Positions 1 through 9,518 are shown, counted from the first letter of the stretch. The stretch is 32,000 bases of DNA from Candidatus Electronema halotolerans (GCA_942493095.1 OW818675.1:960001-992000), one strand, 5' to 3'. Notes: generated by a model not told the origin, from the letters alone. Program-made: numbers and translations.

Positions 1-2
1 CA

Positions 3-281
3 GTGGATTATGTCTGCCAAGACGGCGAGATTGTTGACACCATTGCCGAGCCGAGCATTGAGACGATGGAGCCGATTGGCGGCACGGGTGATTTGATCAC
101 CGGCATGATCAGCGGCCTGATGCACGCTGGCCGCAGTCCGCTCTTAGCCTGCCGCATTGCCGGACGGGTCAACCGGGCTGCTGGCGAGCTGGCCAATCCG
201 ACCCCGGCCACGCAGGTGGAGGAAATCCTCCGCTGCCTGCCCAAAGCTCTTGCCAAGGTGGAAAAGGAGCTGGGGCTGTGA
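3..281 (+). CDS. C-terminal fragment of a ribokinase/YjeF_C-like carbohydrate-kinase-fold protein (5' end outside window)
   Basis: The ORF is open to the window edge. GGTGDLITGMISGL resembles the GGxGDxLxGxI motif of NAD(P)HX dehydratase and ribokinase-superfamily proteins. Confidence 0.45.
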   Translation: MDYVCQDGEIVDTIAEPSIETMEPIGGTGDLITGMISGLMHAGRSPLLACRIAGRVNRAAGELANPTPATQVEEILRCLPKALAKVEKELGL

Positions 282-286
282 GCCGG

Positions 287-469
287 ATGCAGTTCACTGC
301 TGTGGTCGAATATTGCAAAGACATAGGTCTCTATGTGGGCTATATGCCGCAGTTTCCCGATGCGCACTCGCAAGGGGAAACGCTTGATGAACTGAACCGG
401 CTGCTTGAAGACGGAGAGCCTTCGTTCAGTTCTGAGTTTGTCGGCACCCAGCAGATTGCCATAGCGTGA
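287..469 (+). CDS. hicB: HicB-family (UPF0150) type II antitoxin, short form
   Basis: MQFTAVVEYCKDIGLYVGYMPQFPDAHSQGETLDELNRLLED matches the short HicB pattern (x-y-x-A-v-i-E..dG.y.a.vP.lPGc.tqGdTlEEa). A GTG at 278 overlapping the upstream stop is an alternative start. Confidence 0.6.
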   Translation: MQFTAVVEYCKDIGLYVGYMPQFPDAHSQGETLDELNRLLEDGEPSFSSEFVGTQQIAIA

Positions 470-477
470 AGGGAAAT

Positions 478-633
478 ATGCCTGCCCTTTCGCACAAGCA
501 GTTCCGCCACGCTGACGGACGGGCAACCACCGTTCCGTTGCATCAAGGAAGAGACATTTCTCCGATTCTCCTGCGGCAGCTTGCACAAGACATCAGCATC
601 TCGGTTGAAGAGCTGCTCAATGCAGGAGCCTGA
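478..633 (+). pseudogene. hicA: HicA-family toxin remnant lacking about 25 N-terminal residues
   Basis: This unlisted 51-codon ORF (frame 1, stop TGA 631-633) reads MPALSHKQFRHADGRATTVPLHQGRDISPILLRQLAQDISISVEELLNAGA. It matches the HicA C-terminal half (GSH..f.HpdGr..tVP.H.g.dl..g.lr.Il.qaGls.eef). In-frame stops at 433-435 and upstream exclude a longer N-terminus. Confidence 0.45.
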
Positions 634-636
634 ACC

Positions 637-1026
637 ATGCGCAATAAATTTCTTGGCACTGGCGAACAGGGCTTTCATCCGCTCCGCAAGATGCGGGTTG
701 CCTTGTCCGGCGCACGCTATGCCGTGCTCCATGATTTTGCGGTCGCCTACAAGACAGTGCTCTCGGTCTTGATTCTGGTGTGCTGTTTTTACTATCGTCA
801 ATGGCTTGATTTCAGCATGGTCTTGGTCGCCACCGGCCTGATGATGATTTCTGAAATGTTCAACACCACCATAGAAGCTCTGTGCGACTTTCTCGAACCA
901 CGGGAAAACGAGCGAATCGGTATTATCAAGGATATTTCGGCGGCAGCGGCAGGGATCAGCATCTTAGTCTGGAGCATTGTCCTCTTGCTGGAAGCAATGC
1001 AGGTCTGGCAGAAGCTGGCCGGATGA
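637..1026 (+). CDS. dgkA: diacylglycerol kinase / undecaprenol kinase (DgkA family)
   Basis: A 129-aa three-TM protein with SEMFNTTIEALCD and IIKDISAAAAGISIL, matching the DgkA signature (E.lNTAIE..vD ... KD..AAAV). Confidence 0.85.
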   Translation: MRNKFLGTGEQGFHPLRKMRVALSGARYAVLHDFAVAYKTVLSVLILVCCFYYRQWLDFSMVLVATGLMMISEMFNTTIEALCDFLEPRENERIGIIKDISAAAAGISILVWSIVLLLEAMQVWQKLAG

Positions 1027-1059
1027 AAGTTGGCATCACCTATAATTCCAATCAACACA

Positions 1060-1677
1060 ATGAGCTGGCAGCACGAAATACGCCACATCCGGCTTCCCCA
1101 AGCAGTCTGGCAGGACATTGTCGCCCATTGCCAAAGAAAGCTGGCCGGTGAGTTCTTGCCCGGTGAAACCCAAGTCAAGCGGGCCTTCGGCATTCTTGTC
1201 GGAGTGAGAAACGGCGACGAGCTGCAGGTGCGGCAGGTCTTGACCATAAAAAAAAACGCCCGCAATGTGGAGCCGATCAAGAGCTTCATGGACAAGCTCA
1301 TGGAGCAGTATGCCATTCCCTCAACCACGCCACTGAATCAGCGCGGCTGGGTCACTGATCCGCAGGAGTTCAAGGAGTGCATGGACTTCTGCAAGCGCGA
1401 GGGCCTGATCATGTTCGGGGCCTATCACATTCATGTGGTGCCGTGGCCCGGCGACCCGCTCCGCGACACCCCGACCGGCTTGGACACCGTGCTGGTCCGA
1501 GGCAGCAAGCTCTTTTCCTTCATCATCTCCATGGTCGATCCTGAGCAGCCCATCATCCGGGCCTTTTATGAAGGCCAGATTGACGCGGAGACCCCCATCC
1601 TGTTCGAGCAGGACGAAGAATCATCTGAACCGCAGAGCATTTCATGGCCGCAGGCGCAGCGACTCAACCTGAACTGA
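1060..1677 (+). CDS. MPN/JAB (JAMM-like) domain protein
   Basis: Contains GETQVKRAFGILVG plus AYHIHVVPWPGDPLRDTPTGLD, resembling E...H-x-H...S/T-x-x-D of JAMM metalloproteases but with longer spacing. The ATG at 1060 is preferred over the TTG at 1030. Confidence 0.4.
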   Translation: MSWQHEIRHIRLPQAVWQDIVAHCQRKLAGEFLPGETQVKRAFGILVGVRNGDELQVRQVLTIKKNARNVEPIKSFMDKLMEQYAIPSTTPLNQRGWVTDPQEFKECMDFCKREGLIMFGAYHIHVVPWPGDPLRDTPTGLDTVLVRGSKLFSFIISMVDPEQPIIRAFYEGQIDAETPILFEQDEESSEPQSISWPQAQRLNLN

Positions 1678-2837
1678 TTGTTGAATACACCGATCCTTTG
1701 GAAGGCTTCAAGGGCTGGTTGGTCATTGATTCACTCACGCACCGGCTGGCCGCTGGCGGGATGCGGGTGCAGAAAGGTCTGACCTGTGAAGTGGTGCGCC
1801 AGTTAGCCGCAACCATGACCTTGAAGATGCGCATTGCTGGCATCCGGGCGGACGGTGCCAAGTGCGGCATTGACTATGACCCGCGCAGTCCGGGCAAGCA
1901 GGAGGCCCTGTTCCGCTTCATCCGGGCGATCAAGCCGTATCTGCTCGAACGCTATTCAATGGGGCCGGACCTCAACACCACCATGCCGGAGCTGGACGCG
2001 GTCTGCGCCCGCATCGGCATTCCGTCGATCAAGGCAGTGATTGCCAAATGCCAAGGCTTCACGCCAGAGGACTTTGCCGAGCGGACCAAGCTCCTCAAGC
2101 AGCCGGTTGCTCACTCAACTCTGGGTGGGCTGCGCTCCGGCGCAGGTGTGGCCGCTTCCTGCGCAGCGGCCTTAGAATTCCTCCATATTCCTTTGGCGCA
2201 GGCCAAGGTGGTGATTCAGGGCTTCGGCAGCTTGGCCTCCAGCGCGGCCTATTTCCTCCATCAGGCCAGTGTGCCGATCATTGGTCTGGCTGACTGCGAC
2301 AAGAGCCTGATCAGCCCGGACAGCACAGCCTTGGACATTCCCGATCTGCTGGCCCGTTCCTGCTCTGACTGCCGCCGCAAGGGGCTGATCCCGCCGGATG
2401 CGCTCCGCCACAGTTATGGCGACCGGCGCGAGATTTACAATCTTGCCTGCGATGTCTTCATTCCAGCGGCCATTGAGCGGGCCATTGACCGGCAGGCGGC
2501 AGAGACCATGCAAGTCAAGGCCATTGTTTCCGGCGCGAATCTGGCTGTGACTGACGAGGCCGAGGCCATTCTCCATCAGCGCGGCATCGTGGTCATTCCC
2601 GACATGGTGGCAGGCTGCGGCGGTTCGCTGTCCATGGAAGGACTGTTCGGCCCGGACGAGCTGCCTGCGGTGCAGGAGGTGCTGAACCACGTTGACCGCA
2701 AAACCCGCCGCATTGTCAGGAACATGCTCCAGCGCAGCCGTCAGGACGGCATCTCGCCCCGCGAGGCGGCCCTGCGCATCTGTGCGGAAACTCCGCTCTA
2801 TCCCGATTCCAAGCCCTACCTGCCTTTTCACGATTGA
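1644..2837 (+). CDS. Glu/Leu/Phe/Val dehydrogenase family protein
   Basis: GGMRVQKGLTCEVVRQLAATMTLKMRIAGIRADGAKCGIDYDP matches the ELFV dehydrogenase catalytic region. A Rossmann GFGSLA motif follows. The gene overlaps the upstream gene by 34 nt. Confidence 0.8.
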   Translation: MAAGAATQPELIVEYTDPLEGFKGWLVIDSLTHRLAAGGMRVQKGLTCEVVRQLAATMTLKMRIAGIRADGAKCGIDYDPRSPGKQEALFRFIRAIKPYLLERYSMGPDLNTTMPELDAVCARIGIPSIKAVIAKCQGFTPEDFAERTKLLKQPVAHSTLGGLRSGAGVAASCAAALEFLHIPLAQAKVVIQGFGSLASSAAYFLHQASVPIIGLADCDKSLISPDSTALDIPDLLARSCSDCRRKGLIPPDALRHSYGDRREIYNLACDVFIPAAIERAIDRQAAETMQVKAIVSGANLAVTDEAEAILHQRGIVVIPDMVAGCGGSLSMEGLFGPDELPAVQEVLNHVDRKTRRIVRNMLQRSRQDGISPREAALRICAETPLYPDSKPYLPFHD

Positions 2838-2919
2838 GGAGCTGGAACGCTCGTTCGGGGAAATGTGCCGATCCGTTTCAACCTTCCATCGCGCCGCTGC
2901 TCTTGGCAGCCAAGACATC

Positions 2920-4017
2920 ATGAACAGAAATAAAAAGATTGAGCAGCTCCAGCAGCTGCTTCAACGACGCAAAATTGATGCGGTGCTGATCACCCAGCCG
3001 GAAAACCGCCGTTATCTGAGCGGCTACACCGCTGCTGATCACGGCATTCAGGAAAGCTCCGGGGTGCTGCTGATTCCGAAAAAAGGCGCGCCGTGGCTGC
3101 TTACAGATTCCCGCTTCACGCTGCAAGCTGAGGAGGAGGCGCAGGGCTTCACGGTTGAGCTGTACAAAAAAGGATTGTTCAAACTGCTGAAAAAGCTGCT
3201 GCCCGCCTTGGGGATACGGCGGCTGGCCTTTGAGAGTCATCATTTTCTCCACTCCGCTGTTGCGAGAATGGAGAACGTCTTGGGCAGCAAGACAGAGCTG
3301 CTGCCAGTGACAGATGTGGTCGAAGCAATGCGGCTGGTCAAGAGCGAGGAGGAAATCAGCCTGATTAAGGCATCTGTCCTGCGCAACGAGCAGGTTTTTC
3401 AACAAATTCATGGCCTGATCGCGCCGGGCATGACAGAAATCGACATTGCCCTGCATATCGAACGCATCATGCGGGAACAGGGCGCGGAACGGCCCAGCTT
3501 TGAGACCATTGTCGCTTTTGGCACGAACGCGGCCAAGCCGCACGCTGTGCCCTCAAAGCGGGTGCTGCTGGAAGGCGACCTTGTCCTGATCGACATGGGT
3601 TTGGTCCTGCAAGGCTATTGCTCGGACATGACCCGCACTTTTGTGGCTGGCAAGCCGGACAGCCTCTTTCTTGAACGGTTGCGGGTGGTACGCAAAGCCC
3701 AGCTTGCTGGCATCAAGGCCATCCGGGCTGGAGCAGTCTGCAAGGACGTGGATCAGGCCGCCCGCAAGGTGATTGCCGATGCTGGTTACGGCGACTTTTT
3801 CGGCCACAGCTTGGGGCACGGAGTCGGCTTGGCCGTGCATGAAGCCCCCAGCCTCAGCACCCGCAACCGGAAGAAATTGCAGGCTGGCATGATCGTCACC
3901 ATTGAGCCGGGCATTTATCTGCCCGACTGGGGCGGCATCCGGCTGGAAAACATGGCAGTTGTCCGCGAGGACGGCTGCGAGCTGCTCAACGAGGACTCAA
4001 CCGGGCTGGATTTGTAA
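2920..4017 (+). CDS. Xaa-Pro aminopeptidase / M24B family metallopeptidase
   Basis: Creatinase-like N-terminal domain (IDAVLITQPENRRYLSGY) and the M24 metal ligand pattern (DMG..., HSLGHGVGLAVHE, IEPGIY, ENM). The ATG at 2920 is chosen over the long upstream extension of the 2692 ORF. Confidence 0.85.
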   Translation: MNRNKKIEQLQQLLQRRKIDAVLITQPENRRYLSGYTAADHGIQESSGVLLIPKKGAPWLLTDSRFTLQAEEEAQGFTVELYKKGLFKLLKKLLPALGIRRLAFESHHFLHSAVARMENVLGSKTELLPVTDVVEAMRLVKSEEEISLIKASVLRNEQVFQQIHGLIAPGMTEIDIALHIERIMREQGAERPSFETIVAFGTNAAKPHAVPSKRVLLEGDLVLIDMGLVLQGYCSDMTRTFVAGKPDSLFLERLRVVRKAQLAGIKAIRAGAVCKDVDQAARKVIADAGYGDFFGHSLGHGVGLAVHEAPSLSTRNRKKLQAGMIVTIEPGIYLPDWGGIRLENMAVVREDGCELLNEDSTGLDL

Positions 4018-4056
4018 ACGCATCCAGCCCGGCGGCACAAAGGGCCGGGCGGTTTG

Positions 4057-5517
4057 TCAGCACTCCATCCGGCAAAGACCCTTTCCCTCGATGCAGAGCG
4101 GGCAGATGTGACTCTGCTGGGCCGGACTGATGTCCAGCTCCTCCATCCTCGCCTTGACCGACTCAACCGTCTGTCTGCTCAGTTCCTTGGCCATGCCGAT
4201 GTGCTTTTCCGGCAGGATGGCCTGCTCAATATCCTTGCGGCAAAACCTGCCTGCCACTTCAGGCTGCTCCATAAGAATGTCCAACACCGGCCTACCGCTC
4301 TCCACTGCCTCCATTGAGACCTCATAGACCAAGGCATGGGCGTTCTCCTTGCCGATCTTGGTGCCGATGAAAAACATCAGGGCCTCGCTGGAGATCAGCG
4401 GCGCGGCCCGGAGCACGTTCTCCCGCACGCAGCCCTCATGGACAATCATATCCCTGAGTATATGCTGCATCATGTTCAGCAGGCCGCAGATGTAGAGCGA
4501 GGCATCGGTGAGCGCAGCCCATTCCACCCGCACGGAACGGTAGTCGCGCTCATGCTCGCAGATCAGGCCGTCATAACCAAGCATGGCCTGCGCTTTGATC
4601 AGTTTGGCCAGGACCACGACCTGCTCGCACAGCTCCGGGTTGCGCTTGTGCGGCATGGTGCTGCTGCCGATCTTGCCAAGATGGAACGGCTCCTCCAGCT
4701 CGCCGATCTCGTTGCGGGCCAGACAGCGGATTTCATCAGTAATCCGGGCCAGTGAGCCGCTGATCAGGGCCAGCACGGACAGGTATTCGGCAAAGCGGTC
4801 GCGGGAGGAATGCCAGGCCGTGTTCGGTGCTTCCAGTCCCAGCCGGGCCGAGAACTCAGCCAGCAGCGGCAGGGCGCGTTCGCCAAAGGCATCCATAGTC
4901 CCGACTCCGCCGAAAAGCTGGCTGACCAAGACCCGCTTCTTCATCTCCTCCAGCCGCTCAATGCTGCGCCATGTCTCGTCCAGCCAGCCTGCCATTTTCA
5001 GGCCCAAGGTCATGGGCAGGGCGTGCTGACAGTGGGTGCGGCCTATCATGACCAAGTCCTCATACTGCTTGGTGCGCTGGATGAGCAGGCGGACAATGCT
5101 GTGCAGGTCGCGCTCGACAATGGAGATGATGTCGCGCAGCTCCAGCACTTGGGCCGTGTCCTGAATGTCCTGCGTAGTGGCTCCGAAATGGATGAACTGG
5201 CCTGCCTCCTTGTCGCAGGCGTTGCGCAGGGCTGCCAGCAGCGGCATCAGGGAATGATTGGTCACTTGCAGCCCTGCCTGTATCTCGGCAAGGTCAAACC
5301 TGCTGATCTGGGCATTTTGCTGGATGTTCTCCGCCGCTGCCAGCGGAATGATGTCTAGCCCGGCCATTGCCATTGCCAAGGCAGCTTCCACGTCTAACCA
5401 GCGTTGATAGCGGCGGATGTCGCAGAAAACTTGCCGTGCTTCCGGCGTGGTGTAGCCGCCGGAGTAGAAGCGGGAATCAACAATATGGCTGTTAGGAGCG
5501 CAAGTGGTCATAATCAT
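4057..5517 (-). CDS. adenylosuccinate lyase / fumarate-lyase superfamily protein with a Cys-rich C-terminal tail
   Basis: Carries the GSSTMPHKRNP lyase-1 signature, HFGATTQDI and TQRP-like regions. An extra C-terminal segment ends HICPLCIEGKGLCRMEC. Confidence 0.8.
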   Translation of the reverse strand: MIMTTCAPNSHIVDSRFYSGGYTTPEARQVFCDIRRYQRWLDVEAALAMAMAGLDIIPLAAAENIQQNAQISRFDLAEIQAGLQVTNHSLMPLLAALRNACDKEAGQFIHFGATTQDIQDTAQVLELRDIISIVERDLHSIVRLLIQRTKQYEDLVMIGRTHCQHALPMTLGLKMAGWLDETWRSIERLEEMKKRVLVSQLFGGVGTMDAFGERALPLLAEFSARLGLEAPNTAWHSSRDRFAEYLSVLALISGSLARITDEIRCLARNEIGELEEPFHLGKIGSSTMPHKRNPELCEQVVVLAKLIKAQAMLGYDGLICEHERDYRSVRVEWAALTDASLYICGLLNMMQHILRDMIVHEGCVRENVLRAAPLISSEALMFFIGTKIGKENAHALVYEVSMEAVESGRPVLDILMEQPEVAGRFCRKDIEQAILPEKHIGMAKELSRQTVESVKARMEELDISPAQQSHICPLCIEGKGLCRMEC

Positions 5518-5631
5518 TAAATTTAAAATACAGGGAGCGGTAAAATGAGGCCCGACCGCTTTGGCGCAGCAGATAGAGCACTACAGACTGCACAGGTTTG
5601 GCCAGCAGCAGCACGATCTTTCCGGCTCAAA

Positions 5632-6246
5632 TCAGCCTGTCCGCACATCCACCCGGCCTTTCCACGGAAACAGCATGGGCACCTGTTCGCAGTAGCGGCG
5701 GTAGGGTTCGCCCAAATCGCGCAGCAATTTGCGTTCCTCCAGCAAGGCACCGATGATGAGATACATGCTGAGGATGAGCCGTGAGGGCCAATTAACATCA
5801 GTGATCGGCCCGATTGTCCAGAGTATGGGCAGCCCGGCAGAGTACCACGGATGACGGACGTAACTGAGCACGCCTCTGCTGGTGAAAGGCAGGGACGGTG
5901 CTTCTTCGCCCTGCCGCCAGCTCTGCCACTGTCTGATGCCGACCAAATAGTTGAGGTCATAAACAACTTGCCCGCCGAGCAGTAAAAACAGGGCATAGAG
6001 AAGAAGCAGACTCTGGGGAATGCGCAGCCAGCCTGCCCAAGAAAACACTATCTCCTGCGGCAGACTGTATTGCAGCCAGATAAGGGGCAACAGGGTCAGG
6101 CCTGCGAACAAGGAGTAAATCAGCCGGTAGGTGCCACGCAGCATTGCTCCCTGTCGTTGCAGCCAGTCATTAACCGGCGCGGAAATCAGCAGACTGTGCA
6201 GAGCGCACCAGAGTATGATGAGAAAATAGAGCGATATTTTCGACAT
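5632..6246 (-). CDS. membrane methyltransferase, ICMT/PEMT-like family
   Basis: A multi-TM protein with RHPWYSAGL...LIIGALLEERKLLRDLGEPYRRYCEQVPMLFPW, typical of isoprenylcysteine carboxyl and phospholipid methyltransferase-like proteins. Confidence 0.65.
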   Translation of the reverse strand: MSKISLYFLIILWCALHSLLISAPVNDWLQRQGAMLRGTYRLIYSLFAGLTLLPLIWLQYSLPQEIVFSWAGWLRIPQSLLLLYALFLLLGGQVVYDLNYLVGIRQWQSWRQGEEAPSLPFTSRGVLSYVRHPWYSAGLPILWTIGPITDVNWPSRLILSMYLIIGALLEERKLLRDLGEPYRRYCEQVPMLFPWKGRVDVRTG

Positions 6247-6265
6247 GAGCTTGTTCTATGACTGT

Positions 6266-7639
6266 TCATACTCTAATCAGCCGCAGCAGCTCGTCAGTCT
6301 TTTCACGCAGCAGCGGCGCATCAGCACGGGTTTCGACATTCAGGCGCAGGACTGGCTCGGTATTGGATTTGCGGAGATTGAAGCGCCAGTTTGGATAGGC
6401 GACAGACAGCCCGTCCGTGTAATCCTTTTCCCCGTCATGATATTGCGCTTCCGCCTGCTGAATGACTGCGTCAGGGTCAGTCACCGTGGAGTTGATCTCG
6501 CCGCTGACCGGGAAGGCCCGCATCCGTTCATCCACCTGAGCAGACAAAGTTGTGTTCTGCTCGCTCATGAGCTGACAGAGCAGCAGCCACGGCAGCATCC
6601 CAGAATCACAGCAGCCAAAGTCGTGGAAATAGTGGTGCGCTGACATCTCGCCGCCGTACATGGCCTGCTCGCGGCGCATGGCCTCCTTGATAAAGGCATG
6701 GCCGGTTTTGACCATCACCGGCTTGCCGCCTGCTGCCAGCACCATCTCCTGCGTGTTCCAAATCAGCCTTGGATCGTGAAGAATCACGCCGCCGGGCTGC
6801 GCTCTCAGCATCGCTGTGGCCAGCAGGCCAACTATATAATAGCCTTCAACAAAGCGTCCGTTCTCATCAAAAAGAAAGCAGCGGTCACAGTCACCATCCC
6901 AAGCAATGCCCAGAGCAGCCTTGTGCTCACGCACTGCTTGGGCGGTCTCCTCCCGGTTCTCCGGCAGAAGCGGATTGGGCACTCCGTTCGGAAAGGTGCC
7001 GTCCGGCTGCCAGTTGAGCTTGATGAAGGTGCAGGGCAGCCGCTCCTCCAGCAGATCAATGACCGGCCCGGCGCAGCCATTGCCCGCATTGACCACGATC
7101 GTGAACGGTTTGAGCGCGGCCACATCAACATAAGAAAGCAGGTGTTCGATATAGCGGCTCTTATCTGGCAGGACACGGCATTGCCCAGATTGCGCCGGGG
7201 CAGCGGCCAGCGCGCTGCGGAACCAGTCTGCGGATGCGGCCATCTCCGCCACCTCCAGCAGGCCGGAGTCAGCAGAAATGGGCCGTGCGCCTTGGCGGAC
7301 AAACTTCATGCCGTTGTATTGGGCTGGATTATGGCTGGCCGTGATCATGATGCCGCCGCCGATGCCCGCCGCCTCGCCGTTGAACACGGCAAAATACACC
7401 TCTTCCGTGCCGCAGAGGCCAATGTCGATCACCTCAATGCCTGCCTTGGTCAGCACCTCGCAGAGGCTTGCGGCAATCTCCGGGCTGGACAGGCGGACAT
7501 CCCGGCCTATAATGATCTTGCTGGCTTCTGTCCGGCGGCAGAAGGCCAGCCCGATCCGGGCGGCAATGTCCGGGTTCAGTTCTTCCGGGACCCGGCCCCG
7601 GACATCATAGGCAGTGAAGCAGCGCAGCGGTGTTGACAT
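6266..7639 (-). CDS. manB: phosphomannomutase / phosphoglucomutase
   Basis: Near-collinear similarity to E. coli ManB/CpsG from memory (CFTAYDVRG, TASHNP active-site Ser loop, FDGDCDRCFLFDE, GGEMSAHHYF, SNTEPVLRLNVE). GAGGAG SD lies upstream of the ATG at 7639. Confidence 0.9.
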   Translation of the reverse strand: MSTPLRCFTAYDVRGRVPEELNPDIAARIGLAFCRRTEASKIIIGRDVRLSSPEIAASLCEVLTKAGIEVIDIGLCGTEEVYFAVFNGEAAGIGGGIMITASHNPAQYNGMKFVRQGARPISADSGLLEVAEMAASADWFRSALAAAPAQSGQCRVLPDKSRYIEHLLSYVDVAALKPFTIVVNAGNGCAGPVIDLLEERLPCTFIKLNWQPDGTFPNGVPNPLLPENREETAQAVREHKAALGIAWDGDCDRCFLFDENGRFVEGYYIVGLLATAMLRAQPGGVILHDPRLIWNTQEMVLAAGGKPVMVKTGHAFIKEAMRREQAMYGGEMSAHHYFHDFGCCDSGMLPWLLLCQLMSEQNTTLSAQVDERMRAFPVSGEINSTVTDPDAVIQQAEAQYHDGEKDYTDGLSVAYPNWRFNLRKSNTEPVLRLNVETRADAPLLREKTDELLRLIRV

Positions 7640-7736
7640 GCAGGACTCCTCAAAGATAGTGAAATAAAACGTGCTGTCATGGTACCATGTTTGAAGAGGA
7701 TTTGACAAAGAAAATCAGAAACAGGAGAGAAGCTCC

Positions 7737-9518
7737 ATGCAGGTAAGGCGATTTTCGGCTTTTTGGAACGAGGACGGCACCATCAGCGACAATGTGCCGG
7801 AGTGGATCAAGAAAAGAGACCGGCTCCGGGACATGGCCTTTCCCTCGCCATACACGGATCAGCCTGACCGCCTTGCCGACAGCATGGAACAGGCCATCAA
7901 GGTGCTGAATGCGCTCAAGCCGGACAAGCAGGGCTGGGGCTGCTTGGGCGATGAGCCGACTGATGATTCCGGCGGACCAGATTACGGCAGGGCCAAGGCC
8001 GCCCGAATCGCGGCCCAATCCGCGCCGCTGGAAGAGGTCATTCAGCAATCTGCGGATATGTTCAAGGGGCTGCCAAACTGGAATCATCCCTTGGTCATGC
8101 CGAATGTTCTTCCGCCCGCCAACATCGCCTCAATTGCCGCCTCGTTCATGACCGACATGTTCAGCCCGAATCTGATTGAAGGCGAATATTCTTGGAACGT
8201 GCATTTTTCCGAGCTGGAATCAGCAGCCATGCTGGCTGACCTGATCGGCTGGGACCCGGTCAAGGCGGGCGGGCTGTTCACCTTTGGCGGCGCAGGCTGT
8301 TATTTCTACGGCCTGAAATACGCCCTGACCAGCGTGCTCGGCGTGCAGTCCCGGCACAAGGGCATCCGCACTGACGGCAAGGTGCTGGTCTCGCAGCAGG
8401 GGCATTACTGCAAGCTGAACAGCACGGACTGGTCCGGTCTGGGCATGGACAACATCATCGACATTGAGACTGATGACCGCAACAGCATGGACTTGAACCA
8501 TCTGGAAGCGGTCATGGCCCGGCTGCACAGTGAGGGCACACCGGTCATTGCCGTGATGTGCACAATGGGCACCACAGACGCATTCGGCATGGACCCAGTG
8601 GCACAGGTGCGGAAGCTGATTGACAAATATCCCAATCCGCCCGGCTATGGCCGACCATTTCTGTATTGCGATGCAGTGATCGGCTGGTCTTGGCTGATGT
8701 TCAGAGATTATGATTTCTCAGAAAATCCGCTGGGTTTCTCAGCCAAGGTGCTGCCCATCATCCGCAAGAATTACGAGGCGGTCATGGACATGCGCCATGC
8801 CGACGCAGTGGGCTGCGATTTTCACAAGGTCGGCTGGACACCGTACAATTGCAGCATATTTGTTTTTCAAGACAATGCGGATTTTCAGCGGCTCATGCTC
8901 CGGCCCGGCGCAGACTATTTGCAGGAGCGGACAGAATACAATCCCGGCCTCTACACCTTTGAGGTTTCCCGGTCAGCCTCCTATTCCATGGCTGCCTGGG
9001 CCACGCTCAAGTTCTTGGGCCAAGAGGGCTTTCAGGTCATGCTGGGCGGCATTCTCGAAGTGCAGCAGCATCTGCGCAACCTGTTGAAAAAAGAACGAAC
9101 TATGGTCTGCGTCAATGAGGATGACTACGGCTTTGTCACCCTGTTTCGAGTCTATCCCAAAGGCGTGGATGCGGAGATGCAGTATCGGCTCGAACGCACC
9201 TGCCCGGATTTCCGCAAAGACCTTGAGCGGCACAACATCCTTCAGCAGGCTGTGGCGGACAAACTCTGGGAATGGTCGCGGGGCAAACATCCTGAAGGCG
9301 TTGATGAACAGCAATGCTCACTGCCTGCGCCCTATATCAGTTACACCAGCGGCTTCCGGCCCACAGCCTATAATCAGAAGCGGAAAGACCCGCGTGCCGT
9401 GATTTACGCCCTCAAGTCCTTTCCCATGAATCTGAATATCAGCGCGGAATCCATGAGCATTATGATCAAATTGGTGCAGGAGGCCAGAGATCAGATTGCA
9501 GAGCAGGGCTGTGGCTGA
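7737..9518 (+). CDS. PLP-dependent group II decarboxylase family protein
   Basis: DFHKVGW looks like the PLP-lysine motif and the fold-type I pattern runs throughout. AGGAGA SD lies upstream. Confidence 0.7.
   Translation: MQVRRFSAFWNEDGTISDNVPEWIKKRDRLRDMAFPSPYTDQPDRLADSMEQAIKVLNALKPDKQGWGCLGDEPTDDSGGPDYGRAKAARIAAQSAPLEEVIQQSADMFKGLPNWNHPLVMPNVLPPANIASIAASFMTDMFSPNLIEGEYSWNVHFSELESAAMLADLIGWDPVKAGGLFTFGGAGCYFYGLKYALTSVLGVQSRHKGIRTDGKVLVSQQGHYCKLNSTDWSGLGMDNIIDIETDDRNSMDLNHLEAVMARLHSEGTPVIAVMCTMGTTDAFGMDPVAQVRKLIDKYPNPPGYGRPFLYCDAVIGWSWLMFRDYDFSENPLGFSAKVLPIIRKNYEAVMDMRHADAVGCDFHKVGWTPYNCSIFVFQDNADFQRLMLRPGADYLQERTEYNPGLYTFEVSRSASYSMAAWATLKFLGQEGFQVMLGGILEVQQHLRNLLKKERTMVCVNEDDYGFVTLFRVYPKGVDAEMQYRLERTCPDFRKDLERHNILQQAVADKLWEWSRGKHPEGVDEQQCSLPAPYISYTSGFRPTAYNQKRKDPRAVIYALKSFPMNLNISAESMSIMIKLVQEARDQIAEQGCG

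Noticed and set aside
8-586. Long antisense or alternate-frame ORFs in GC-rich genes: 8-586(-), 340-801(-), 2172-2921(-), 6698-7636(+), 12991-13518(-), 22554-23309(+), 23691-24374(-), 25424-25879(-), 26498-27100(-)
   Set aside because: They lie opposite or out of frame to ORFs with clear family signatures. Their composition is Arg/Ala/Gly/Pro-rich and low-complexity, typical of shadow ORFs in high-GC DNA. They lack SD sequences.
2692-2919. N-terminal extensions offered by the ORF track: 2692 for the M24 peptidase, 23433 for efp, 28955 for DUF3859, 30072 for peptide 2, 7708 for manB, 28581 for the IS66 transposase
   Set aside because: The extensions overlap upstream genes or use non-ATG starts without an SD. 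Internal ATGs with SD sequences give N-termini matching the known family starts.
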